In this document: piece after piece, positions 1-11,364 of the stretch
How positions within the stretch are numbered: the first letter of the stretch is position 1
Layout: every line of letters starts with the position of its first letter
Source: Octopus bimaculoides
Lineage: Eukaryota
Length of the DNA stretch: 50,843 bases
Direction of reading: 5' to 3'
NCBI RefSeq assembly: GCF_001194135.2
Contig: NC_069000.1
Span: 16,628,151-16,678,993 of the forward strand
Position numbers and translations under genes: made by a program
The notes under the pieces: generated by a model
What the model was told of the DNA's origin: nothing
What the model saw: the letters and a program-made list of their open reading frames with translations, nothing else
Databases searched by the model: none

Positions 1-119
1 CCCTACCCACTCCTCATCCATTACCTATTCCTCCCCCCCCCACCTCCGTTAAGGATCATACTCTACTGCCATATTTTCTCCACATCCACCACTCCTTTTA
101 CCTTATTTTAAATCATTTC

Positions 120-397
120 TTGAATTTATTCTTACCAGTTTGCTGTCTCTGCTTCTTCCTCTCTCCCTCTCTCGGACTCCTTCTGTATACATACAAACGC
201 ACGCTTATATATATATACGCATATTGCGTATATACATTCATATATGCATACATACACGCATAGCACATGCGCACACACACACATACATAATGTATACACA
301 CACATATCTATGGCACAGAAGCAAGCGTGCATATGATAGCAGTTAATCACCCTCCTACACGCAAACACGTGTATATGTGTATCTATGTGTGTGTATG

Positions 398-434
<37 letters not shown>

Positions 435-630
435 TGTATACATATATATGTATGTATAAGTATATAGACAAGTTTACATACACACATATATTATATGTAT
501 ATGTATATATAAGTGTGTGTGTGTTTGTGTACACACATACACACATACACAGTCACACACACATACACATATATATATATGCATTTATGTATAAGTATAT
601 ACTTATGTATAAGTATATACTTATGTAAAG
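120..630. repeat. Compound low-complexity TA/CA/TATG microsatellite region
   Basis: Interleaved (TA)n, (CA)n and TATG-like runs; ends in about 2.3 copies of the 18-mer TATGTATAAGTATATACT at 586-627. ORFs here are artefacts. Confidence 0.9.
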
Positions 631-1690
631 ATCTCAGAGGTAAAGCATAGTTCAGTTAGAAAAAGAGTAGATGTACAAATATGCAGGAAGCAACCAAGCA
701 CCTACTTATCTTGTCAGTTATTTGAACCTATCGTGTAAACACAGCAACCACTCTGCATGCAGTCTACCGCGTATTAAACGCCTAGACTTTTGATGTTTCC
801 TTTTATTCCACAGTTCTTGCTACCTGAATACACAGACGAGGTCTTACAGGGAAGAACTAGAAGAAGCTATGAAAAAGAAGAAAAAAAAGCTCACTAAATA
901 GAACGCAGGAAATATATCTATAAAGATAGTTCGTCTGATTGAATAATTGTCTACAATGTCTAATTTGAAAACTGTTAAAAATCATTTGAACGCATAGTGC
1001 TATTCTTTCTATTTGAAGCGCCATGAAATCGAGTCAAGGAAGAATCGTCTACTAGATCGCTCGACGTGCAAGAAATGACAGTGAACTCTCCCACATATAT
1101 GAGCCCATTTTCTTAAATCGTGCTATACATATTGGAAATTGTAACGTTATTTTAAATTTCATTGCGAAGTAAGAAATATAATTGAAGAAAAACAAGAAAA
1201 GAAATTCTTTGACCAGAGGCCTTGATCTACATAAGATTAAAAACTAAAAAAAAAAAAATTAAAAGTACTAGAAACAAAAGCCCTACTATGTTTTGGTTTA
1301 TCTGGTGTAGGTGGCACTATCATCGTCGTCATCGTTGTCGTTGTCGTCGTCATCATCATCACTATCAACATAATCACCATCAACATTATCACACCGCCAT
1401 GGGGATCACCGTTGTCTTCATCAATAATTTTTGCATCAGAGATTGATTTTTACGACTTACATGCTTGACATAGTAGCTTAATCTCCCTCAAATCACACTC
1501 TATATCCTGAAAAAGCATACAAGTTGACGAAGCTTGCAACGCTTTTGGTTTTTAGGTCTACTCAATGGGATTTGATCTTGGTCTAAGTAACAGCTAATAA
1601 CAACAGTGTATGTTAGGAAATGAATAAAAGAAACCCTCTGCAGTGCATTAAAACAATTTATTCACATCATCTCAGCAAATAAATTGCTAA

Positions 1691-2016
1691 ATAGCATGAA
1701 GCTGATATTTCGGTATTACGATGCAATATTCAAAGCTTAGAAATCAACCAAAGAAAAATAAAAACATCAGATGTTCTCACAGCTCATTCCCTACCGTCAA
1801 GTCATTTCTCAGCTGTTACTTATGCATAAGCAAGTCATTCCGCTTCTTTCAAAGCTTTCTACAAAGAAGTATTAGCTGAACAAGTCACGATAATGCAATG
1901 CTATGTATCAGAAATCTTCAAACCATCTGTTGTCTCACTATATTTCTCTGCTACCGTTATTCTTCCCTAAGCTTTGAATCGAGCAATTTATTGCCGAAAT
2001 ATCAACTTCATGTTAT
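1691..2016. mobile_element. MITE-like non-autonomous DNA transposon (~326 bp) with ~50-bp imperfect terminal inverted repeats
   Basis: 1691-1740 (ATAGCATGAAGCTGATATTTCGG...ATTCAAAGCTTAG) matches the reverse complement of 1967-2016 at 40/50 positions by eye; the interior has no coding capacity. Confidence 0.65.
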
Positions 2017-2464
2017 ATAAACATTTAGTTGGGACGTTTGTGAAAATAATTTGTTGTAATGTATATCTTCTTCATTTAATAATTTGATAGTCGCTCTACG
2101 TTCCGTAATAATCTAAGGTTATTTGATTAAAAACCCAAGACTTGGATTCCAATTATTCCATTTATTATATTTTAAATAATTTCACAGATAATCTAAACTA
2201 TCATGTTTACATGACATTTTTCTTGACTTTTTCATTTATATATTTGAGTCCGAAAAACAGGTTAAGTACCCATAGACTTTACATTTCTTTCCAGGCTTGA
2301 AACTTCGAGGAATTTAATATTCAGCTTCAAATTGTTATTTATGTTGTTGTTGTGGATCTTCTTCTTCTAGATAGAATAGTAGATAGATAAATGATTAGAG
2401 AGATTGACAGATATAAGGGGTGACTATGGGAATGCACTTAGAAAGTTCCCTTCCGAGGCGAGGT

Positions 2465-2721
2465 TGTTTGTAGAAGATTAGCAGTCACCCATGCATACCA
2501 GCCTCCACTCTCCATGCCACCAGTGGTGTTCAAGGCAAAGGCAAAGGCTGATACAGCTTGGCACTAGTCACGTTGCAACTCATTTCTACAGCTGAGTGAA
2601 CTGCAGCAACATCAAATAAAAAGTGTCTGGCTCAAAATCACAACACTCTGCCAGGTCCGAGAAGCGAAGTCACAACCTCACGATTGTAAGTCCGACGCTG
2701 AAACCATTGAGCCATGCTCCC
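2465..2721 (-). mobile_element. tRNA-derived SINE, family C
   Basis: Minus strand has a tRNA-like head (GCATGGCTCAATGGTT...), then a central block (GTGTTGTGATTTTGAGCCAGACACTT...CAGTTCACTCAGCTG) shared with copies at 42125-42342 and 45360-45572. Confidence 0.7.
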
Positions 2722-2733
2722 ACAGAAATAGAA

Positions 2734-2764
<31 letters not shown>

Positions 2765-2791
2765 TCTATGTATGTATGTATGTATATATAT

Positions 2792-3037
2792 NNNNNNNNN
2801 NNNNNNNNNNNNNNNNNNNNNNNNNNNNNNNNNNNNNNNNNNNNNNNNNNNNNNNNNNNNNNNNNNNNNNNNNNNNNNNNNNNNNNNNNNNNNNNNNNNN
2901 NNNNNNNNNNNNNNNNNNNNNNNNNNNNNNNNNNNNNNNNNNNNNNNNNNNNNNNNNNNNNNNNNNNNNNNNNNNNNNNNNNNNNNNNNNNNNNNNNNNN
3001 NNNNNNNNNNNNNNNNNNNNNNNNNNNNNNNNNNNNN
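2792..3037. other. Assembly gap (N run)
   Basis: N bases flanked by TATG/TA microsatellites. Confidence 1.
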
Positions 3038-3401
3038 ATATATATATATATATATATAGCTATGTGTGTGTATGTGTTTGCGTATCAGTATATGTGTGTG
3101 TATGGAACAAAGAGTATAACAATGGAACAAACAGTACAATAATTATTCATCAAAATGGAAATAAATACTTGTCTGAATTTATATTATATTTTAAGACTTA
3201 AAACCAACCAGCTTTGTTCATTTATTTTAATTTTATACATAATATTTACCAGATGTATGTTAAGTCATCTCCTTTAGCCTCGCTTTGTTTTCTAATCTGC
3301 TAATCTATGGCTGTTATATTTTACAAATGCTTATTATATTATTACTGTTGTTGTGATTGTTAAAGCTGTTGTTTGTTATTACTACTATTATTATAAAAGA
3401 A

Positions 3402-3428
3402 ATCATCATCATCATCATCATCATAATC

Positions 3429-3494
<66 letters not shown>
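3402..3494. repeat. (ATC)n then (TTA)n microsatellite
   Basis: Direct reading. Confidence 0.95.
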
Positions 3495-4050
3495 GAGTGA
3501 GAGAGCAGCGCATGCCGTCAAAGTGACACTGGGGTATAAATATACGAAGCCCAATATACCCATCATGACTACCCGTCTGATAAAGGAACACCAGGCACAT
3601 ACATCACAGCCATATGTACACGACATATGATCTCATATCAGGATAAACAACGCATGATCTTGCAGGTGGGTCCCAGTTAGAATTTTTTTCAGATCGAGTA
3701 ACCCATTCCACTCAAAAGGTCCCTGAATAAGGTTTGTTTAAGCATGATGAATGAGACACCCACGTTTCCAAAGGAGAATTATTGAAATCCCAAAGAATTC
3801 CTCTCAGTACATGGCTATGATGCTTCCCACTACTTCTGCTCGTGATCAGAGATGCACATATCATCAGCCACTAAGGGACATGCTCAATCTGTTCAGGTCA
3901 AACAACTAACAAGCAAATCTGTGGTATTGAGCAGAATATTTGCTGTAGCCCATTTTCGCTATAGCCCAAGACAAAACATATACATGATAACACTTCCAAT
4001 CAGTTAAGACGAGAAACCATGAGAGCCACTGCCTAGTACTACATCAGGGA
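3495..4050. mobile_element. ~556-bp non-coding putative interspersed element inserted in a (TTA)n array
   Basis: Complex sequence with sharp boundaries: pure (TTA)n on the left, degenerate TTTATTGTTGTTG on the right; no long ORF. Interspersed-repeat status is inferred. Confidence 0.5.
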
Positions 4051-4175
4051 ATTTATTGTTGTTGTCGTTTTACTTCTCAGAGTGCTCAATCTTGTTGGCT
4101 CTGGTTGATTCTGTGAGAACGGACAGAAGCCTGTTGTCAGAGGTTTCACAGGGTCTCTTTCCGCACATAATAATC

Positions 4176-4213
4176 TTTGATACTTGGTTGATAATTATCA
4201 ACCAAGTATCAAA
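4176..4213. repeat. Perfect 38-bp palindrome
   Basis: TTTGATACTTGGTTGATA-AT-TATCAACCAAGTATCAAA equals its own reverse complement. Confidence 0.95.
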
Positions 4214-4241
4214 ATTATAGTGGAAGACATTCAACATCCAA

Positions 4242-4309
<68 letters not shown>

Positions 4310-4313
4310 TATT
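4242..4313. repeat. (TTA)n microsatellite; (TAA)n tail of the adjacent minus-strand R4-like element
   Basis: Direct reading; abuts the 3' end of the RLE fragment. Confidence 0.9.
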
Positions 4314-4319
4314 ATAAAA

Positions 4320-4900
4320 GTTATTGCATGCCAATTTAGTTAGCAGAGATATGATCTTGAGTTTCATTGACAATAAGTCTCCTCAAATCTCACAAAAATT
4401 CTTTATGGCATTCTTGCAGAACACACAATGGCCTTTTTTCTGCAAGACCAAACTATGAGTCACAGTTGCAATATCCTTCAACCTCTTAGGTAACAATTTG
4501 GGCGTAGTTCCTAATGCACCAATTACCACGAGAACAAATAACACCATTGTCTTCCACAATCTCTTCATCTCTCTTGCTAAATCTTGATGTATCTTAATTG
4601 TTCCGTTTTTCTTGATATCTACTACATCATTACAGGGTTACAAATCAACGACATCACATTATTTGTTCCATTTATCCACTACGATCATGTCTGGTTTCAC
4701 TGCTTCAATAGTTCAGCCAGTCTCAATGGCGTAGTCACATAAATTTATGCAAATACCATTCACCATGAATGAGTTCACACCATTTTTCTGACACTTGAGT
4801 TTCACAAGCTTGGTTTAACATACAAATGCATTTCTTTACCGATAAAGTCATGTATTCGCTTTTGATATTTTTTTGTACGAGTTCTCCATTATTATTATTG
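4320..4900 (-). mobile_element. R4/Dong-like non-LTR retrotransposon 3' end (restriction-like endonuclease), decayed
   Basis: Minus-strand translation gives TIEAVKPDMIVVDK (PD motif), HQDLAREMKRLWKT and VVIGALGTTPKLLPKRLKDI, typical C-terminal RLE motifs; stops and frameshifts present; short 3' UTR then (TAA)n. Confidence 0.85.
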
Positions 4901-6067
4901 CTTTTATTAGAGGTTCTTATTACTTGCATAATTTATCTAAATCATGGTTCTTTTGAATAGTCGAGCCGAGGTGGCTTTTGTCATAATTTACCGCCTGATC
5001 GTCGTGCCTTGCTTCAGACTTAGTCTAATCAAAGTGTATCGTCTGCACTCCTGCTTCTTGTGAAAGGGACGCGTTTCTCTAGTCAGGTACATCATGTGTA
5101 GTCATCTGGAAGGTAGCTCTTTCTGTTCGATAATGTGATATGCAGTATTCCTACGATGTAAGCTTCCCCGTTCCTCATTAGGTTTTTTCCTTCTCCACCT
5201 TTCTCCAATTTCTCCTAATGATACACACACATACATGCGCGCGCGCACTCCCCCTCCCCCTCCCCCACGCCTTATTGTACATACACATGGTCGTTTTTTT
5301 TAAATTTTATATGATGCATGTACGTGTGTTTGTTGAAGTGATTAAACAAAATAAGCGATGGAACAGATCAGAGCGAGTGGAAAGGTATTGGCCAACTGCC
5401 ATAAGGTCCTTCATCTCAAATCCAGGCCAAGTGTTTTTTGTTACATTTTTAATGACAGTAAAATTGATTTCCCCGTTTTCTAAATGCACCTAGCTGAATG
5501 AAATAATAACCAGATCATGCAAGAATGTTAAATGAAATAAGCGTGCTAATGAAAAGAGAGATTTATTGTACATCTCATTAACGACATGAAACCGAGAGTA
5601 GACATCGATCATTAAAAGATCCTTGGAACTATACAAAGATTTTCCTTATCTATTGTGGACTGTATTTGAAATAAACTCATTGGCTTCAATCGTTTGACTG
5701 CAACCATGCTAGGTTAAAAATTTCACGGGTTTTAGTCGACCGTATCGACCAGTACAAGCATTCGGGAATAGATCAGTCTCAGCGAATAGGGGATGAAAGC
5801 AACATAAATAACATGAAGTAACATAACTAAAATCCTTAACCCCGAATATTATGCTGCACTATATTTTTCCAATGTGCACTTCTAATATTTTTAGGACAGT
5901 AGAATGTGGTATGTAAGTGATTTGGTTACTACTCCAAGCAAACTGTGTAAAACTGGCTACGTCTCTGGCTTGAGTGATTGATTTTGAGTATTTGTAAATG
6001 TGTGCGAATGTTTGCAAATGTGTGCGAGTGTTTGTGTACGTATATTTGTATAAAAATGTAAATGCAC

Positions 6068-6200
6068 CAATGGCTGAATGATTAAGAAGTTCACTTCGCA
6101 ACAATGCAATCCTGAATTCGATCCCATTTCGTTGCGTCTTGGACATGTGTCTTTTATTCACTTACCATAGCCGTGGTTTGGTCCAAGTATTGAGAGTGAA
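6068..6200 (+). mobile_element. Highly decayed SINE head, family A-like
   Basis: TGGCTGAATGATTAAGAAGTTCACTTCGCAAC...GAATTCGATCCCA...CTTGGACATGTGTCTT resembles the heads of the 10250-10549 and 20490-20697 copies. Confidence 0.45.
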
Positions 6201-6679
6201 ATAGGACACAAGAAAACTATCCAGCGACTCGTCGACTGAATTGGACCTGTAATTCAAAGATCCAACCGATTTTGCCTGAGTGTCTGCGTTGAGGGTGTAC
6301 CTGTTTTAATGAGTTACTCAGCCACTGCGCATGCTAATTCAATCAATCAGTAATTCAGTTGATCGAGTAATTGGATTTGGATGATCGTACATCGTTCTCT
6401 TTTGGAGCGTCCATAAAGTATGAGATGAAGTGTGGTGAAGACTTTTGTAGGAGAAAAAAAGGAGCGTCCTTTTTGTAGAATTTTCTTGATATTGGGCATA
6501 ATGGCGGGGGATGGAAGAGAAAGATGTTAGTGTCCGTGTGTGTGCGAAATACAACTGACTACTTGTTTGGAATTCCTCCCGCATCTTTCCTTACTTTAGA
6601 GTCATTGAACTTCACTGCACACAAATCTTCTTCACTCACACAATCTGCACCACAGCGAAGCCTCTCAAACACTCGCTAG

Positions 6680-7030
6680 TTGCTTTGCTTTTCTGACCAC
6701 ATGTTTCCAGGTTCAGCAAATGCCTTCTACTATAGCTTCTGGCCAACCAAAATCCTGAGAAGATTTGATAGTTGGTAACTGAAAGAAGTTCGTCTCTTAT
6801 GTACGTATATATGTATGTATGTACGCAATTATGTATGTATTTATGTATCTATGTGTGTGCGTCTCTGTGTTTGTTCTCCACTACAAATTCTGTGTTTGCT
6901 CTCTCTGGTTTGTTTAAGTCCTCGTAACTTATAGGTTCAGTACAAGACCCCGATACAATAAGTATAAGGCTTTAAAAGAAGACGGTATTCCAGCATGGCT
7001 GCAGTCCAATAACTGAAAAACAAATAATAG
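6680..7030 (+). mobile_element. SINE family A copy with internal TATG/GT microsatellite, decayed
   Basis: Core CTTCTACTATAGCTTCTGGCCAACC...AACTGAAAGAAGTTCGTC, then microsatellite, then tail ...TCCAGCATGGCTGCAGTCCAATAACTGAAA. The tail matches the reverse complement of 20491-20539. Confidence 0.6.
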
Positions 7031-7350
7031 CAAAACCAAAAAAAAAAAAAAAATAGAAAAACCAGAAAAAAATTCTATGAGTACGTGATAAAAATGAGTA
7101 GGTAGTTCAGGCAGTAAACTCATCAAATCAGAAACTGAAAAGTTCGCATTTTTGACTGATATCTAAATCCTCAAATATCCAGTAATGTAATATAGCGAGT
7201 TTGTACATTACGTAACTTATGTCAGAGAAGATGGAAACGAATATAAAAAAAAAAAATGGATACGTTGCTTCATCCATCCATCGCATAGATATGTTTTTTC
7301 TAAGTGGCATCCACATTGGCAAAGGCAATAAAACCAGCATCGCTTACATT

Positions 7351-8076
7351 NNNNNNNNNNNNNNNNNNNNNNNNNNNNNNNNNNNNNNNNNNNNNNNNNN
7401 NNNNNNNNNNNNNNNNNNNNNNNNNNNNNNNNNNNNNNNNNNNNNNNNNNNNNNNNNNNNNNNNNNNNNNNNNNNNNNNNNNNNNNNNNNNNNNNNNNNN
7501 NNNNNNNNNNNNNNNNNNNNNNNNNNNNNNNNNNNNNNNNNNNNNNNNNNNNNNNNNNNNNNNNNNNNNNNNNNNNNNNNNNNNNNNNNNNNNNNNNNNN
7601 NNNNNNNNNNNNNNNNNNNNNNNNNNNNNNNNNNNNNNNNNNNNNNNNNNNNNNNNNNNNNNNNNNNNNNNNNNNNNNNNNNNNNNNNNNNNNNNNNNNN
7701 NNNNNNNNNNNNNNNNNNNNNNNNNNNNNNNNNNNNNNNNNNNNNNNNNNNNNNNNNNNNNNNNNNNNNNNNNNNNNNNNNNNNNNNNNNNNNNNNNNNN
7801 NNNNNNNNNNNNNNNNNNNNNNNNNNNNNNNNNNNNNNNNNNNNNNNNNNNNNNNNNNNNNNNNNNNNNNNNNNNNNNNNNNNNNNNNNNNNNNNNNNNN
7901 NNNNNNNNNNNNNNNNNNNNNNNNNNNNNNNNNNNNNNNNNNNNNNNNNNNNNNNNNNNNNNNNNNNNNNNNNNNNNNNNNNNNNNNNNNNNNNNNNNNN
8001 NNNNNNNNNNNNNNNNNNNNNNNNNNNNNNNNNNNNNNNNNNNNNNNNNNNNNNNNNNNNNNNNNNNNNNNNNNNA
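7351..8076. other. Assembly gap (N run)
   Basis: N bases; ORFs spanning it are artefacts. Confidence 1.
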
Positions 8077-8429
8077 ATATACATGTAGACAGACCATAAT
8101 CTCAACATCTAGGTGTGGTGCTTAGCTACATACCGAAGAGTAACCATGAGAACTTGGTTCTGGTATGAGTGGTATGGAAGCTGATTAAGGTGGCGAGGTG
8201 CGGGTAGTGCTGGATGTGATGGTATTTACGTTGGCTGTACGATGTTTTTATTAGGTTTTTGTTGCGTTGTGATTTAGGCTTGTGTTAGCGCTTATCGACA
8301 GCCCTTCCTTGGACCTTTAACTCCTGGTGGAGTCGTAGAGGTGCTGCCATGTGGTGCGACGAGTCATAGGACATTTTTCACTCAGCGTGGCCCAGCCCAC
8401 GCCAGGTTTGAGCGCAGCCGATATCTCAC

Positions 8430-8530
8430 GAAGAAGAAGAAGAAGAAGAAGAAGAAGAAGAAGAAGAAGAAGAAGAAGAAGAAGAAGAAGAAGAAGAAGA
8501 AGAAGAAGAAGAAGAAGAAGAAGAAGAAGA
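8430..8530. repeat. Pure (GAA)n microsatellite, about 33 units
   Basis: Direct reading; explains the poly-K/R/L ORFs. Confidence 0.97.
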
Positions 8531-8539
8531 ATCTCAAGT

Positions 8540-8665
8540 ATTCGTCTGGTACTCATCAAAGTACAAAAAGGATCAATGGTAAAGTTGACCTCTGCGTGAT
8601 TTGAACTCAAAGTGCAGAAAACCGGAGTGAATATTGCAAAACTTTCATTGTGGCAACCTAATGAC
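8540..8665 (-). mobile_element. Decayed SINE family B fragment
   Basis: CTGGTACTCAT...AAAGTTGACCTCTGCGTGATTTGAACTCAAAG matches CTGGTACTTA...AAAGTCGACCTCGGTGGAATTTGAACTCAGAA of the 26143-26371 copy. Confidence 0.6.
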
Positions 8666-8994
8666 CAATCACCATGTACAGCTAGGACTCCATTATTAAT
8701 TTTTTTCTTTTGAAGTCGGAAAAACGTGTTTGAGCAATATTATACTGATATTTCTAGCAGGTCGTTGTAAGCAGTAACCATTACCAGAATCACTTTAGCC
8801 AAATGGAAAACGCAATGTTGTTATGCTGGTATTGACAAGCAGAGGAATACTCATCGCCGTGGTCTTAGTCTTTGTAGCTGTGTAGCCCAAGGTCTTTTCT
8901 GATCGAGCAGGTTCATGATCAATGAGATTGAAGCTATGACCATCAGTCATTTTCTTTCCAGAATTTATGTAACCCTGAGTTACATTATTCCAGT

Positions 8995-10246
8995 GTGACC
9001 CCGCCTCACCTTCATCCTGATGTTTTTCTCAAAACTGATAAACTGTCACACAGTTATCATATTACTTCTGCTAAGATTGCAGCCATTGTGGCACGGTTGG
9101 ATCCATGTAAAGTAACTGGACCTGATGGTATTCCAGTCATTGTTCTTCAGAAGTGCTCTCCTGAGTTGTCCTCTGTTTTATCTAGGCTTTTCCGAAATTA
9201 TATCTCAGAATCTTGTTTTCCTTCTTTATGGAAATTCCCAACTGCTGTTCCTGTCTTTAAGAACTGTAGTGATCGATCTATTCCGCGTAATAATGGAACA
9301 ATTAGTCTACTACCAATCATCAGTAAAGTCTTTGAGTTCTTGATTAATGACTCTCTTGTAAAATATCTTGACTCAAATCGTTTATTCTCCGACTCTCAGT
9401 ATGGTTTCTGTGCTGGACGGTCTACTGCTAATCTTCTCACTGTTATATTCGAGCGTGTTTATCGTGCATTGAATGTATCTAGTCAAGCTAGGGCAATTGC
9501 TCTTGATATCTCTAAGGCATTTGATAGGGTTTGGCATGCTGAACTTCTATGGAAGCTCCAATCCTTTGGTGTGTCAGGTTTCATGCAGAACATCATCTCC
9601 TCCTTCCTCTATGACCGTAGGATCAAGGTTGATCTTGATGGTCAATCTTCATCTAGTTATTCTATTAATGCTGGGGTTCCTCAAGAATCTGTCCTAGGAC
9701 CAACTACCTTTCTTCTTTTTGTCAACGATCTGCCTGATCATATCATCTGTCAGCTAGTAATCTATGCTGATGACTCTACTTTGTACTCTTGTTTGGACAA
9801 ATCTGATGACTTGTCTGATAAGGCTGAGATCGCTGCTAACCTTGAGAATGATCTTCGATCTATTGTTGAATGGGGTAGCAAATGGCTTGTTACGTTGTAA
9901 CTAAATTTCTTTCAATTAATCGCTTCACACATCCTTTCTTGCATTCGGTTTCGATGATGGTATTGACTTACCTCAAAGTCGTTCGTTCTCTTCGTCTCCT
10001 AGGAGTGACCTTCTGTAAGGTTTTTTTCTTGGAGGACTTACACTGAATCTATTGCCAAATTGGCTGCTATGAAGGTAGGCTCACTCCTTCAATCGAGGAG
10101 TTATCTCACTCCTGAGACTATTCTTTATATTTATAAGTTCACCATTCGCCCCTGCATTGAGTACTGCTGTCACATATGGATAGGTGCTTCTGCAAATTGT
10201 TTGACTCTGTTGGACCGAATTCAACGCCGTATTTGTAATGCTATAG
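8995..10246 (+). mobile_element. CR1/L2-group LINE reverse transcriptase fragment (5'- and 3'-truncated, frameshifted near 9900)
   Basis: 301-aa open frame with KVTGPDGIP, WK...VPVFK, ISLLPIISKVFE, QYGF, ALDISKAFDRVWH, GVPQESVLGP and IYADDST; continues in another frame as IYKFTIRPCIEYCCHIW...LDRIQRR. The canonical PQGS is altered to PQES. Confidence 0.93.
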
Positions 10247-10249
10247 TGG

Positions 10250-10296
10250 TGAGAGACAAACACATACACAAAGACACACGCACACACACACACACA

Positions 10297-10338
<42 letters not shown>

Positions 10339-10549
10339 TACACACGCACGTACGTACGCACACACACTCACACATACACACACATACGACGGGCCTCTTT
10401 CAATTCCAGTCTACCAAATCCATTCACAAGTCTTTAATCGACCCGAGGCGATAGTAGAAAACAATTGCCCAAGGTGCCACGCAATGGGACTGAACCCGGA
10501 ACCATTTAGTTTGGAACCAAAATTCTTACGGCACAGTCACACTTGCGCC
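10250..10549 (-). mobile_element. tRNA-derived SINE family A with internal (CA)n, interrupting the LINE 3' end
   Basis: Minus strand: GGCGCAAGTGTGACTGTG...GGTTCCGGGTTCAGTCCCATTGCGTGGCACCTTGGGCAA...TGGATTTGGTAGACTGGAA...GCCCGTCGT then a GT microsatellite; closely matches 20540-20697. Confidence 0.8.
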
Positions 10550-11364
10550 CATAGTATGGTATGGTAAGGTTTGTGTTAGATTTGGCTGCTTTTTCTGGCA
10601 AATTAAGCGGCTCTGGCGAGGCTCACTCAGTTGTTTTCTCAGTTCAGATTTAACCGACCAGGCCTACGAACAAGACAATCTCATCTATGACCATTCTGTC
10701 ATTTCAAATATTGTATCGTTTAATGCAGTACCTTTTTCAGACATGGGTACATTGTGCAGATACACAGAGTTCCACTGGTCCATAGGCCCAATTCAAATCC
10801 ATGTACGATATGCCTAGCTGCCAATAAATAAATAAATAAATACTATAGGGACCAGTATAATGTATTGACCAGAGTCCTGCAATGCTGCTAAGATGGACTT
10901 GATTTAATGCTGTACTTTATTATTTGGAGATAATAGTTTATGAATGAGAGCAGTTTCACAGCTATATCTAGCAAGTCAAAGACTTCTGCGGTATAGACTC
11001 GTGTTGTTGTTAGTAGTTTTCCTGTTGTTGCTGTCATTGTTGTTGTTGTTGCTTTTGTTGCCCGTTGCTGTTGCTGTTGTTGTTGTTGGTGGTGATGGGG
11101 GGTAGTGATAGTAGTTGGTGATTAAGACATGCCTCACTGTTAAAACGATTTACTTGACTAAGTGTAACGTATTCTCCTGGCGGACTATGTACACCAACTT
11201 ACGGGTGTAGATATAGGGTAGGAGCTGATGTTTTGATGCGCGGGTGGGCGCGCTGAATGTAGAGATATGACTAGAGGGGTGGGAGAAACATTATACATAT
11301 ATATATATGCACACACAGATAAGTATATATGTATGAGTGTATATATATATATATATATATATAT

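Noticed and set aside
591-624. 16-bp palindromes ATAAGTATATACTTAT in tandem
   Set aside because: AT-only sequence inside a TA-rich microsatellite zone; readily produced by slippage.
2623-3201. Long ORFs spanning N gaps (also 7219-8125, 11185-12304, 13627-14600, 20714-21633, 28716-29346, 31676-33231, 46594-46968)
   Set aside because: Open only because N codons and microsatellites contain no stops.
6339-6584. Possible Tc1 DDE fragment
   Set aside because: No recognisable WPxxSPDLNP or equivalent motif in any frame I read.
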